A DNA stretch of 64,000 nucleotides. Source: Hydrolagus colliei (lineage: Eukaryota). The notes under the pieces were generated by a model. The model was not told the origin of the DNA and made no database searches. It saw nothing but the letters and a program-made list of their open reading frames with translations. Shown piece after piece: positions 23,824-36,497 of the stretch. Location: positions 4,588,001 to 4,652,000 of the forward strand of contig CM068748.1 in the NCBI GenBank assembly GCA_035084275.1, given 5' to 3'. A program made the translations under genes and the position numbers. The stretch's first letter is position 1; each line of letters opens with the position of its first letter.

Positions 23824-24004
23824 TTACTCCACATGCCTAATGATAATCCCTCAAAAACAATTGTTCATTTCAATCCACGAGTGTTTGTGGGACATATATA
23901 TATATATATACAGTCAATTCACTTTACAGTATATTCTGTGAAGCGCTTTGAGATGTCTAGAAGACCTAAAAAGTGCTATATCAAATGCAATGATTATTAT
24001 TATT
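23824..24004 (+). mobile_element. 5'-truncated Deu SINE with core replaced by (TA)n
   Basis: ttactccacatgcctaatgataatccc...gtgtttgtgggaca(ta)n cagtcaattcactttacagtatattctgtgaagcgctttgagatgtc...(att)n. Confidence 0.88.
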
Positions 24005-27000
24005 GTTAGTTATAATCATTCCTTGGGTAGAAAATTATATCATATTTTGATCCTAGCTGGATGCAACATTAAAGGTGGGGAGGGGAGAATGTTTTTAGGG
24101 TGAAGGAGGAAGAAAATTTAAGAAGGTCTTGGGTCACACATCAGCAGTCCCCAGCAACACCAACGCTTCCTGTCCATGGTGCAGTATCACAAATGGCTAT
24201 TAAGATGCCCATGATCCCCTACCTCCTCCTCTTCACAACCAGGGTTCACAGCCTGGAAGGCCACAAAGGGGATGAAGAAGAGATCGAAATCCATTATAAT
24301 CATGTTAAAAAATATATACGCATACTTAGTTTATACCAATGTTTGTGTTAAGCTTGTGTTACATTTCGTTTGGATTCAAAACATTCTTTTTATGACCTAT
24401 GTACTATTTTTCTGGAGGGTTTTCTCACAAAAGCAAACTGTAATGTAACCTCCATAAATTTTGATAGCTTTTGTACTGAATAAATGATACCCGGTCACGT
24501 CCTAAGATAAATAATACATTTCCAGTGATAGGTACGGTACTACTTTGAAAGTAAAGTAGGACATACACATTTATGAAGTCATTTATAACTTAGCGGTGGG
24601 AGGAGGGGTATGTTTTCACTAAGCCCATAAGTTAGGACTGTTCTCAAAATGTACACAAAGGTATCAATTATTAACATGTAACTTGCTATTGTGCTGACTT
24701 GGCTCATAGATTTGACAAGAATCCTATACTGTTTGCTTCCGATTAATAAGAAAAATCTATTGTAGCCATACTTTCCTCACTAACAAACCTGTGAAGTGAG
24801 TACGTGGTGACAGCACATCATTGCACACAGATCCAGGAGAATGGCAAAGTTAGCAAAGACAGCACAACTTTCCTTATAATATCCTAAAATGGTGACTCTT
24901 TTGGGGTATTCAGTTACAGGCACTAATATTTCATTGACACCAATATTTTTCTTCTTGTTGCTGGAAAATATTTTCATTCTATCGCAAATTTCTAAGAATG
25001 TTAAGGCTTGAATACAATGTGGGAAAGTGGTTGCGGTTATTTTAGCTGCATCCAAATTTAGAGATAAAGTGGATAGTTTTTTAAGCAACTATTTTGAATC
25101 TTTTTAATGCTATTGCATATTTGTACCTTTTTTTTTTCCAGAGTCTGATTGATATGTTTGGCCAGAACAGGCTCTAGTCTGTATGAAACTCTGTAGAGGT
25201 GGTAGTAAAATACTTAAGTAGAGGCTAAGTAGTGGAGAAATTGCAGGTACTGATGTGTCTTTAAGTGACTGAGGGCAGTAGTCCAAAGTCTTCTGGACCA
25301 AGTGGCACCAGCTGCAGACAGATGGAGCATGTCTGGGCTCCATCACCCTCAGGTCTGCAGCAGACAAGAATCTATATATTAGGGTGGGAAAGTGGATAAG
25401 AAAATAAGAAATGGCCAATCTGCTGTAAGGTGAAAATTGAAATGCTCACAGCATTGGAAATGATTTATGAATGATTATTGTTAACCACGCTTCAAAGTTT
25501 TACATTGACTGTCGTATCATTTAAAAGCGATGCAGGAGAAAATGTCACATGCAGAGATTAAGATCAATCACATACAGTACTGCATACAAGCAGGAGTCTG
25601 AAGTATTTACAAAGTGTTCTGTTTTCTTTCTTTTTGAATACACTCATTCTCCTATTATAATTGATTTCAATGTTCTTCCAACAAAAAAAAATGTTCTCCA
25701 GACCCATTTTTCTTTTGCCATCGACAATTAAACTCTCCATTGGCATTTTGGGTAAAAACATTATCCCTTGATTTTATATTTTATTGTTACTGCAGAAATG
25801 AGCACTTACCCATATATTGTTTGTATTTTCCTAATCTCTGTTTACTCTGTATTATGGTTAGTAAAAATAGTTACCCAGTCAAGCTGTTACTGATATGTTA
25901 CAGTACTACTAATAAAATTCATCCATGTGTATGAAACTATAATTCATTGTTCCCTACACGTGCTTCCACTGAAGTCACAGAAATGCGTGAGACCAATAGC
26001 ACAACAGGTTTTGAAGCCTCACCACAGTTGAACCTAAAGCACCAACGTTGGTTTATTGAACAATGTAAAATAGTTCAATATAATTTTCAGCATTCACTAC
26101 TTGAAAATCATTTTGCTTTATCCACTACTTCCACTTTGAAACTCTAATTGGTTTATAATGAATGCAAAATTGCCCTGAAAAATCATTCACTTTTGTGGTG
26201 CTCATGAAAAACTCACAAACCTCCTAATGCAGTTTCCTCTGTTTATTATCTGAGGTGTTAGTAATGTGCCCATTGCCCAAGAAAGTGATGCGTAACTGCA
26301 GTGCATCTAAGAACAATATCTAACCGCAGTTCATTCCCACTTAATGACCCACATCTTTTAAAGACGGCAACCACGTAATAAATAAAGCATTGCAACATCG
26401 GTGACTAGTTCTGGAGGTTGTTTACAAAGCACATCATAAATCATGAGCTCATTTTTTTTATTCCTGAGACATTAACTCACGATCCATCGTCTTTTGTACA
26501 CTAACCTTAACTATACCAGCCTACTTGAGAGTTTGCAGTTCAATGCTTTGGATGGTGAAACCTAGAGGCAATTTTTATTTTATGCCAGTTTCGAAAACCC
26601 ATTCACAAAATGCAGACATGTCGTCCTTTAGGCTGATACAATACTGCATACAAGCGTGGGTGCAGAATAAACACCAATCCGAATGACATTGGGTTTATCC
26701 CTGTCAGATCAACAAAGCTGACACCACAATACAGAAGCCTGCAGCCACACCAGCATCCAGTATATATCACATTATTATTGTAGTTGTTGCCCTTTGGTTC
26801 ATCTTCCCAGCAACAGACTATAATATCTCAGCTGAGCTTGTAGAGAGGTAACTGGAGGAGGTGGTGCCCACCATTTCATTCTTGTCCCTATAAATTGTAA
26901 CCATTGTAGGCTGTTTGCAATGATGTCAATCAATAACAGCATGTAGTTTACACAAACATTAGCCAAAATGGATAATTCATGCTATTCACCCAGTATGACC

Positions 27001-27530
27001 AGTGTCACCAAATACACCAGACAGACCTCTTTGGCAATCTTAGTGTCTTTTTCTTTCAATTGCAAAGTGTTGAGATAAATCCCTGTGGGGAAAAGCTCCC
27101 TCTCTTTCCATTCTCAGTGATTCTATCACTATTTGTTAAAATGTTCATGTAAGTGAATCTATTAAATGTCTGAATTTGGGATCTTTTATTGCAATGATTG
27201 CTTAGGTATTTTATGCCAGTAGAAGGCTACAGTACTGCTATCGAGCACATAGATATCAAAGCCAATAATCCAAGAACAGTCAAAAAATAAAGCCCTTTTC
27301 ATAAAAGTTTATTTCAGCGTGATGATTCTCAATGTAATGACACCTCGCTCAAAACTATTTAAATTTATCACCCAATTTTTTAATATGACTGGATTTCTCA
27401 TGAATTATATTTCACAAAAATTGGAGAAACTTTGCCTTTTATGTAGGATCCTCTCTATACAACAGGCAGCTCTCTGTGAAGTTCACCAATATCCTGATAG
27501 CTCAATGGATGAACACCCATGACATTTTGG

Positions 27531-27832
27531 CACTGAGCTGCATGAATCAGAACTGTCTCAGTTTTGATGGCTGAACTGTGCTGAGGTATTGATTTGAGTC
27601 ATACAGGGGTATGTCCTCTGATTAGGGGCAAAAAAGATTAACAAAGGTTCCTGCCCACAATCACTGTCCATGGTTCTCTACAGCATAGGTGGTCAGGCAC
27701 AAGAGCAGGTCTGATACCCTCAGTGAGGTGATATGTTTCACAACCCTCAGTTTTTATAAGCTCAAACACGATGTCTGTGGAACTATATGCCAGCATGAGT
27801 TGCTACCTTCAAGAGAGCAGCAAGAGATATGG
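27531..27832 (+). mobile_element. AmnSINE2-like ancient SINE relic
   Basis: cactgagc...ctgtgctgag...aaaggttcctgcccacaatcactgtcca...ctgtggaactatatgccagcatgagttgctaccttcaagagag follows the recalled AmnSINE2 order. Related copies lie at 55471 and 59385. Confidence 0.55.
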
Positions 27833-29988
27833 AAAACATTTGGGTATACAGGTAGTTAGGACATTCTTGCAAATTAGTTCATTTTCAAATCTATGAGGAA
27901 ATGGTGCACAACGGAGAATGTAAATAGTGATTATAATTGATTCACCCACAAAAAATCACGAAATACGAATACTAAATTTTGAGGCCTTCGCCACATCTGG
28001 CATTCACACTAAATGTTACGAATAGCTATAATCCCAATGTGTCTTTTCCCTATAAGTACCATTGAAAACCTAATACTCTACCATAAGTAAGTGAATGCCT
28101 TTCTAAGCCACAAGAGTTTGTAGAAAATTTCAATGTTGGTTTGTTTACTTTTTTGTTTTCTGGAGTACATATTTTTCCATGTACAATCTTTCATATAAAA
28201 GAACAATTCATGTTACTTGAGGGATTTATTGACTTAATTTATGTTTCCTTTTTTTTAGAATTCAAGACGTGAAACATTTTCTGCACAAATCCTAGAAATG
28301 TGAGTGTGTAAACAATATCTAATTTTAGTCCCAAACCAAGCCTAAAATCTATGATTGCTTTCTAACACATTAAACAGTACTTAGTTTAAAATGTGGATTT
28401 GTGCAGCAGTCTGTTAGACTGATAATGTAATATTGAAAATGGCAACGTTGAAACCATCTTAAGCTCTTCTACAGCTATGCCTTAATGCATCTATGCAATT
28501 GTTAATGGGCTGCCCTAGAGATTGTGTATTAAGGTAAAAAATATTAGAAGCTTCTAATTCAAAATAAATCTACTTAGATGACCTTTCTTCAGTTATAATG
28601 CAGTCCATATTTTAAGAGCGGATGCATTGAACTACAGTATTATTTTTCTTTAAATTGTATTTAAGAATAAAGATAAAATTGAACTTGCCAGCATGGACAC
28701 TGGATAAGAATATAATACATGGTTACAACTATGCTGAGTAACTAGAAACTCCCTTTAAAAATACATTCCGATATTAAATATAATATGGATGATACATTAA
28801 TGTCACATTCATTTAAGGAGGATGATGATATAAGCATTCAGTTAATACATCAATAGTTGCCTTGCAGGGACAAAATATAAGCAGATATAATAGTCTTTCA
28901 GCACTTACCTATCAAGGTACAAACTGTTTGCACAATTGATCACTGAAAGCAATTACCTTACAATCATTACTTTTTTAAAATTGCTTCAATTTATCAACCA
29001 ATTATATTTCTCAAAATTGTTCACCCTTGATCTGCACTCATTGTTATGGGTGTAGACTGGTCCCTGTATAATATCTTGAAGGTAGACAAGGATTTTTATG
29101 TTAGAAATGAAACCAATTGTGTTGTAACATTTCATTGGGATGGAAGATATGAAAACCATTAATAATCAAAAGGGTTTATTTCATAGTCGTTTGATACAGA
29201 AGATTTCAGCAAACATGTGGAAATTTAATTTTTCAGGTCAAAATAGCTTTTCATATAATACTTCGTGCTCAGAGTAACTTCATTTTCACTTTCCCTATAA
29301 ACATTCTGACTCACACAATGGTCTCAATCTACTGAGGATTGTGCTTATGAGAACTTGTACTTTATTCCTGTTCAAATTAATTGTGTACTCAATCTTGTTC
29401 AATTAAACTTGATCTTTTTTTAATTAAACTTAATATGGTGAATCATATTCAGACCAGATATCAAGCAGCAACATTATTTTGTTGAAGCTGATTTGTTTTA
29501 ACTCTGTGAAAGCATGATGTCTAATTCTGTGTGGTGTAATTACAAATTCTTCCCAACATTTGACTTTGTTTGCTAATACTACATTAATTAATTCGGCACT
29601 AGTTGCACTAAGACTTCTTCAAACTGCAAAAGGTCAAAGCTCCTTCTGCTCATAAAAGCACAGAACGTAAATGTTTTTAACAACTGTACACATTTGGCAA
29701 GAACATTTTTCGTTAAAAAAAACAGATATGTTTCAAAAGTTAGTTTGCTCAGAGACAGACAAATCTTATAAAAGCCAGAGACACTGCTGTGGCAGTACTT
29801 AAGTGGCTAATCCACATGATCTCTGACCTTCGTAGTGTCATGTGACTATAGATTTTCAATACTCCTAGGATCTGTGTCACCCATTGCATGTTTTGCTGCA
29901 CATTTAGAAATCTATCATAACAGACGCTGAATACTCATACATGAGGACACAAAACCTAGACTGAAATGCATATTCTTTGGGCAGTGTT

Positions 29989-30085
29989 CAACAACAACAG
30001 CAGCAGCAGCAGCAACAACAACAACTTGCATTTATATTTTGTTGTTGTTGTTGTATAGCGTCCTTCGGCGTCTCAGAGCACTTTA
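29989..30085 (-). repeat. L2 3' tail with CAA/CAG microsatellite and an inverted (TTG)n insert
   Basis: A CAA/CAG run, then cttgcatttata + ttttgttgttgttgttg + tatagcgtccttcggcgtctcagagcacttt. Confidence 0.75.
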
Positions 30086-31027
30086 ATAGAAAAGGGATTA
30101 GAAAAATATATGTTCATTCTTTAATAGCAAGGGATTTGGCAAAATATATGAACCGATATGAATGTAAAGAGATGCTCTTCTCTCTGCAATCAATAGTCAT
30201 GCTAAAAGATGAAGAATGTATATTTATTAGGACTCTTTAAGATATCGTGGATCAAACCAGAGTTGTATACTTTTCACTATACTTCACGAAACAGAACCAT
30301 AAGTATTATATTTTCTTTGCATTCCTCAAACATAAATCTAGCCACCTAGAAATTATTGAGGGACTTTTAATAAAAATACACAAGAGTACAGTATTGTAAT
30401 TTAACATTTACAACTCTCAAATGAAAGTACCTTTATGGAAGAAATGTTGTGGAATGTGGTCCACATTTTCCGTTCCTCCTTGGAGATACTATACTGCCAA
30501 GTTCAAGCCATTATTTTAGCAGTTGTTTAAATACGCACTATCAGTGTACTTGCATCTTTTGCTCTCTTTCCTCTGCCAGAGGTACATTTGTTCTGCCAGT
30601 TGTGGCAGAAGAAGATGCACTAGTCCAAAAAGGAATGGATTAACCGGAAGAAACAATCTTCATAAGCAATAGGTTGAGCAAGGAACAGCTGGAAGCTAGT
30701 CTTTATTGAGGTTCAGATTTTTTTAAAACAAGTTTAACGAAAAATGACTCCATATACAGTATCAGGAAATTAAATCTTGTTGATGTTGTGGCATTTTATT
30801 AAACATCTACTACACTAGGGGCCTGGATGGATTTTGTTCTGAGCAATCTCAAGTAATGACCTTCTTGGAAGCAACCCACAGCATAAATCTACTCAGAATT
30901 TGGCAATTGTTCAAGGAGAGCATAAAAATTGGTTAGTGTTGCTGGGTGGGGGTGGGGTGTGGATGGAGTGAAAGGGGGAGAGATTTACACTGGTTAGTTG
31001 AAGAGTGCCTCCAACTTTGAGCCAAGC

Positions 31028-31445
31028 ATCAATCAATCAAAACTTACATTTATATAGCGCCTTTCACGCCAAGAAGATGTCCCAAGGCGCTGTACAGTTA
31101 GGTAGGGACAAGAGCAGGTGGGGAGGGGTCGAGGCAGGATGAAGAAGAGTAGGAAAATTGACTGTATATTTGTGGGCGAAACGCGGCAGCCAAATTGCGC
31201 ACAACAGTGTCCCACAAACAGTCATAGAAGTGGGATTAAGGGAAAAGGTGGGGGGAAAGATGGCAAGGGGAGGGGTTGGGGTAGGGGGGTGGGAAGAAGG
31301 AGAGCAGGAAAGCCAGTTGGCGAACCGCAGCAGCCAGATTGCACACAGCAGTGTCCCACAAACAGTCTTGGAAGTGGGACTAGGGGAAAAAGGCGGGAAA
31401 GAGGGCAAAGGGAGGGGTTGGGTAGAGCACGTTGGGTACAGGAAG
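31028..31445 (-). mobile_element. Composite retroelement, 5'-truncated copy (duplicated Deu core + pyrimidine linkers + L2 hairpin tail with (TTGA)n)
   Basis: The reverse complement is colinear with about 61780-62140: two Deu cores, linker ttttcctactcttc...cctgcc.cgacccctcccc..ctgctcttgtccctacctaactgtacagcgccttgggac, and tail atataaatgtaagttttgattgattgat. Confidence 0.9.
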
Positions 31446-32769
31446 TTTTTTGATGCACCTGTTTGTATTGTTTTAGACCTGATACTCACTCTGGTACCCC
31501 AAACTGAAAAGGAATTTCATTTTCCATTTCTCATATTGATAAAGTAAAAAAAATTATATTGTAAGAACTCCCCTGTGTTTACATAAAACAGAAATGTTAC
31601 CTCTGGGCTGCTTAATCAAACAACTGCAATTTGACACAGTGATAAATTGTCCTAAGTAGCATAAAATATCTACAAAGTAATGTTAAATAAGGGTAAACCG
31701 CTCTCTAGTTCACAGACCCTGTTCCAGATTAGTTTAAAACATTGAGATCTGTACATTAAATTTCCTGCAGGCTACATGCTTATCATGTACAGGCTTATTT
31801 CATATGTTTGGTGGGTGATTTTTATATTGGCTGGGACATCACAATAAATGATACAGTACCTAAATACCCTAGTTTGGTGCATGCTAAAATCTCCAGAGAA
31901 TAAATTCTGATGTCCTGCCCTATGGTACTGCTCTTTGTTGTAACCTGGACTTTCAAACAGACAAACATTTTGCCCCTATACAGGAGTAAGTCAAAGAACT
32001 CAAGGAAGTCTTCCTCAAATTATTCATTTCCCTCAAACTTAAGAGAGTATTATCATAAGAAAAGGTCCCTAATCAATACATATGAGCATTCATATACAAA
32101 GCTAATGGATTTGCCAAAAAAGGAAGTATCTCTTTGGATGATGCCTCAACTAGACCATGTTTTATTCACATGAGTGTTGTCAGACCATAAATTGTTGAGG
32201 CATCAAACAATACTGCCTTCTTTCCTATGGAATGTCTCATGGTACTAATAGTCAAGAAAGTGAGGGGATGGAGCCTGGATGATCTGATAGCTCTGCAGCT
32301 GTCTCCCTTGCTCTGCTTTTCAGACATGGGACTTGGCACTTAGGAGCCAATCTCTCTGCTGTGGTCCTTAACTCTGCTTCGCCTTTGCTTAATCACCTGG
32401 CTGAGAACAAGCTAAAACACCAAAAGTTTGCAAAATGTATGGAAGTATTTTTGGTTCTAATACACGCCACTGACAGCGATAAGTGGGGAAATTTTACCCT
32501 CTAGAATGAGGACCATGCTTCATTCGACTGAATAATCAATGTTAACATTAGGTTAACATTTTTTTCATAAAATTTTATATGATATATAAAAAAATCACTG
32601 ACGCCAGGTTGATCTCTCAGCTCAAGAAAATAATAATTTATTTGAACATAGCACATGCTAGCAGCTGGTAGTGTGTAATTTCTCAAACAATCAACTTTGC
32701 CAACTCGTGACTTTGATATCTAGTTATTTTGTGATCTAGTTCCATCAAATAAAAAAAGATAAGACACCA

Positions 32770-33215
32770 GGAATTATCAGGAGAGGCTGCAGAAGATGGG
32801 ATTATTTTCCTTGGAGCAGAGAAGGTTAGAAGGAGACTTGATAGAAGTTTTTAAAGTTATCAGGGGATTTGATAGGGTGAACATGGAGAAACTATTTCCA
32901 CTGGTGAGTGGGTTGGTGACTCGGGGACACTGATTTAAATAGTTGTTAAAAGAAACAGAGGGGAGGTGAAGATAATTTTTTTCACATAGTGAGTTGTGCG
33001 GATCTGTAATGCATTGCCTGAAAAGGTGGTGGAAACCAATTCGATAATAACTTTTAAGAGAGAAATAGATAGTTATTTGGGGAGGACAGGTTTGCAGGGC
33101 TATGGGGTGAGAGCAGGGGAGTGAGATTCATTTGGACAACTCCTTTCAAAGAGCCACTCAGACATGATGGGTCAAATGGCCTGCTTCTGTGTTGTATAAT
33201 TCTATGAATTTATGA
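32770..33215 (+). mobile_element. CR1 LINE 3' end
   Basis: RLQKMGLFSLEQRRLEGDLIEVFKVIRGFDRVNMEKLFPLVSGLVTRGH...FFT..VVRICNALPEKVVE, then the 3'UTR atgatgggtcaaatggcctgcttctgtgttgtataattctatga with the CR1 ATTCTRTG terminus. Confidence 0.92.
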
Positions 33216-35667
33216 CTTTGCAACTATGTGTTCGCAATTTCATTAAATAATTAAAACCATCTTAACAGGATTAAAAAAAATTTAAAGCCTATTTTGTTAA
33301 ATTGCTTGTTTTGGGGGAAATAATATTTTGAGGAGTATATTCTGCTGTTTCCTAGGGTGATCATAGTTTGTATTAATCTATGTAAAAGTAGAGATTATCA
33401 TGGTATTTTACAGAATATACGAAACATTTAACAAGCACATTCCTGCAGGGCAAAGGTGTGGAGGAAAGTAAACAGCAAAATCCACTTTGTGGGTTAATAT
33501 TAGATCAGAAACACGTGCAATTGTAGCAATGTTCAAACTTCTGTAAAACATTACTTTGAATTTACCACTTTTCCAGTACCTGTTTATTTGGCAGGTTAGC
33601 TGCTGTTCTCAGAGCAGAGGGTGAAAGTCATGTCCCTGGTGTGTGTCAATGTATTGTGTACATGGGGCTTCCTATCTCCTGAGGATGCAATAGCACTTTG
33701 AGGGTGGAGATTCCCCATGTGCAGAGGAGACCTGAAGAAATGAAAAAAAAGGACAGGTTACATACTAAATCTGTAGTAATCCTTGTCCTCTGAATGCTGG
33801 TTTCTTCCGCATATTTCATAGGCTTTAAAGTTCAGTGGAGCTAAGATGGACAAGGGAAGGTGAGGTTAAATAAACTATAAGTCAAGGAGATCATGCACAT
33901 TTTCAGAGAGTGTGATTTTATACTCTAAAAATAAATTTTAAAGGAAGAAGCAAGATCAAACATGCTATATGGAATAGATCACTGTCAGGAGCTCAATGAT
34001 TACAGGACCTTAAATAAATTACCTTCTTATTTGTGAAATTATAAAATAGGTTTATTCACAGAATACTGGACATAATTGTTTGTGATATGTTGCTGTTTGC
34101 AGGATTCCACTATAATCCTAGTTCAATTGAAGACTTAACTATTGCAAATTCATTATGTGCAAGGTGCATTTTGTGCAAGAGGAACTGATATAATAAAATT
34201 AGGCCTTTGACCAAAACAACAGGGAACAAGGCCAATCTTTTCCTCAAATTGCTGTCATTGTAGTGACTCACTTGAACTTATTTCAGTGTGTAACTGCAGC
34301 CTAGTTGTTAGTATTGACTAAGATTTGGCAGAACGACAGCACTCACTATATATGTGTGATGGGGGTACTTAAGGAAAAAGAGCTACTGGTTTGGAATTCT
34401 AATGCTTTGTTTTTAAGATGTTTGTAGCGGTAAAAGCATGAGTCATATGAAGAATAATTGCCTACAAAACAATGCTATTTGGACATTAGCTGTAACAATT
34501 GCCTGCCACTTTCTATCAGTGGTATCATTCAATCCCCTCTTTGTGCTTTTTGGACATTGTGCACCGTACCAGAGTCATATAAAGCAGATTGCAGTAACAG
34601 GCTGACAGTTAGGAGCTAGCTCAGCAGTGCTGGGTGCAAACTGCCACCTTCCTGTGGATTTACAGCTGCCACTTATGCTACTTCAATTAGTTCTATAGCA
34701 CACAGATGTTGCTTAAATGTTTCTGCTAATGATACTGCAATAAGCGTAAGATTCATGCCATATTTTGAGGCATGTAAATTTCTCAAGTGGCACAATTAAA
34801 GCGAAAATATTGGGTAGGGAGAATGTAGCAAACTCTAGAAGTTGGAAAGCATAAATGCTGTTTAATAATGAGTCCGGAATCCCGGATTCATTCAACTTGG
34901 TCCATGGTCAAACTTTCCTCTAAAGTATTTTCACAGTTGAATGCAAAGTAGCCAAATCTGTGCACGTAGAGATGAAACTCCTGCTCTATAATTCAGATAT
35001 TTTCATTTAAAATTGTAATGACATGCTTCCCTTTACTGCTGATGAGCACTGAATTTTAAATGTTAGTTCTTAAAAGCATTTTAATCTTTGAAAATTTTGA
35101 AACTCACTGAGAAGGACTAAGTGGTGGAAAAAAATATGAGTTCAGCCAGAATTTTAACAGGCTATACTTTGAATGCACAATCAGTGATATCAATGGTAAC
35201 ATTTCAAATGGATTAGAAGACCTTATATCTGGCAATGTTTGACAGATTGCTACACTGGAGTTTTGACAGAAATTGTGCATGATAATGGTTAAATATGTAT
35301 GAGAAGAGTAAGTACATTTTTGTTTTAGAAGACAGATATCCAACTAGGAAGAATTTATTCTTCAAAATGTGTACTGTATGATCCTGAAGCATCTTCCTTA
35401 GAGAAATGATTGTGTATGTGAACTGAGTGATCAATTTGGGATATTGGGATGTCCTCCTGACGTGAAAGGTGCTAGACAAGTGTAATTTTGTTGTTGTGGT
35501 ATTGCAATATCCTTTCACTTGGACACTCAAAATCTGTGTTAAAATTGATATTCTGGATATACAATGGTAAAAGGTGAACAACTCAGTTTATTTCATGAGT
35601 CAGAAATCTGAACAGCCATAAATAATGAAAACAATAGTGAATCCAAGCCATCTTTATGGGTTGAATA

Positions 35668-35960
35668 CAACAACAACTTGCATTTATATAACACTCTCCA
35701 CGCGGGGCGGCATCTCGGAACACATATAACTCGACCTGAAGATGGTAAATCAGGGGGCGAGAGGTTGAGGGAGGGAGTTCCAAAGTTTCAGGGTGTAGTG
35801 GCTGAAAGCACAGCCATCTATGGTGGTGCGGAGGATTCGAGGGACAAGGAAGAGGCCGGACCCTGTCGAGTGTGGGCAGCGGGTACTGTTGTGATGAGAG
35901 AGGAAGTTAGAGAGGTGATGGAATGCAGAGGAGTGGAGGAGTGGGGATTTTGAGGTTGAA
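35668..35960 (-). mobile_element. L2 LINE 3' fragment
   Basis: Tail caacaacaacttgcatttatata, followed by gagggagttccaaagtttcagggtgtagtggctgaaagcacagcc (minus strand: GCAFSHYTLKLWNSLP). Confidence 0.85.
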
Positions 35961-36407
35961 TAAACTATCTATTACACTTGTTGTCTATCTTAAAAATGTT
36001 TGAAATGATGAGCTTTGTCTTAGTTTAAGTGCAATAATCACTTTTTTTTAAATGCGTTCATTTAAATGGGGATTGTTCTAAGCATAGGAGGGTTCCAGTT
36101 TTGCCCATTATGTCATTCAAGATACTTTTATCTTCCTCTAGATGTGACTGCATCTTATCTTTTAAATTCACGGAGTAAAAATGAATTAATTGCTTTCTTC
36201 AGGTCTTTACAACTTCAAATATTATTTATTTCACTAGCACTTTAGACCAGATGGGGAAGAGTTTCGCATTTACCATTGGCCAGTGTAATTGAAGGAAAGC
36301 TGTTTCCTTCACTTGGATTCTGTGCAACAGGTGGTTAGATGGTTAGTACTACTATATAAGGCATAACTGCAGATTTACAGGGATAGTCAGTTGGAGAAAA
36401 AGATGTA

Positions 36408-36497
36408 GTAATAATAATAAATCATAATAATTGTTGCATTTGAAATAGCGCCTTATCATGTCTTCTAGATGTCTCAAAGCCCTTCACAGAATATACT
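36408..36497 (-). mobile_element. SINE 3' tail fragment
   Basis: (aat)n ttgcatttgaaatagcgccttatcatgtcttctagatgtctcaaagcccttcacagaatatact. Confidence 0.8.

Noticed and set aside
29977-30240. Poly-Q/poly-C ORF as a polyglutamine gene
   Set aside because: The CAA/CAG run is the L2 tail microsatellite read on the opposite strand; there is no exon context.
34869-34890. Hairpin tgagtccgg-aatc-ccggattca
   Set aside because: Single short imperfect palindrome with no other support; probably a transposon remnant or chance.
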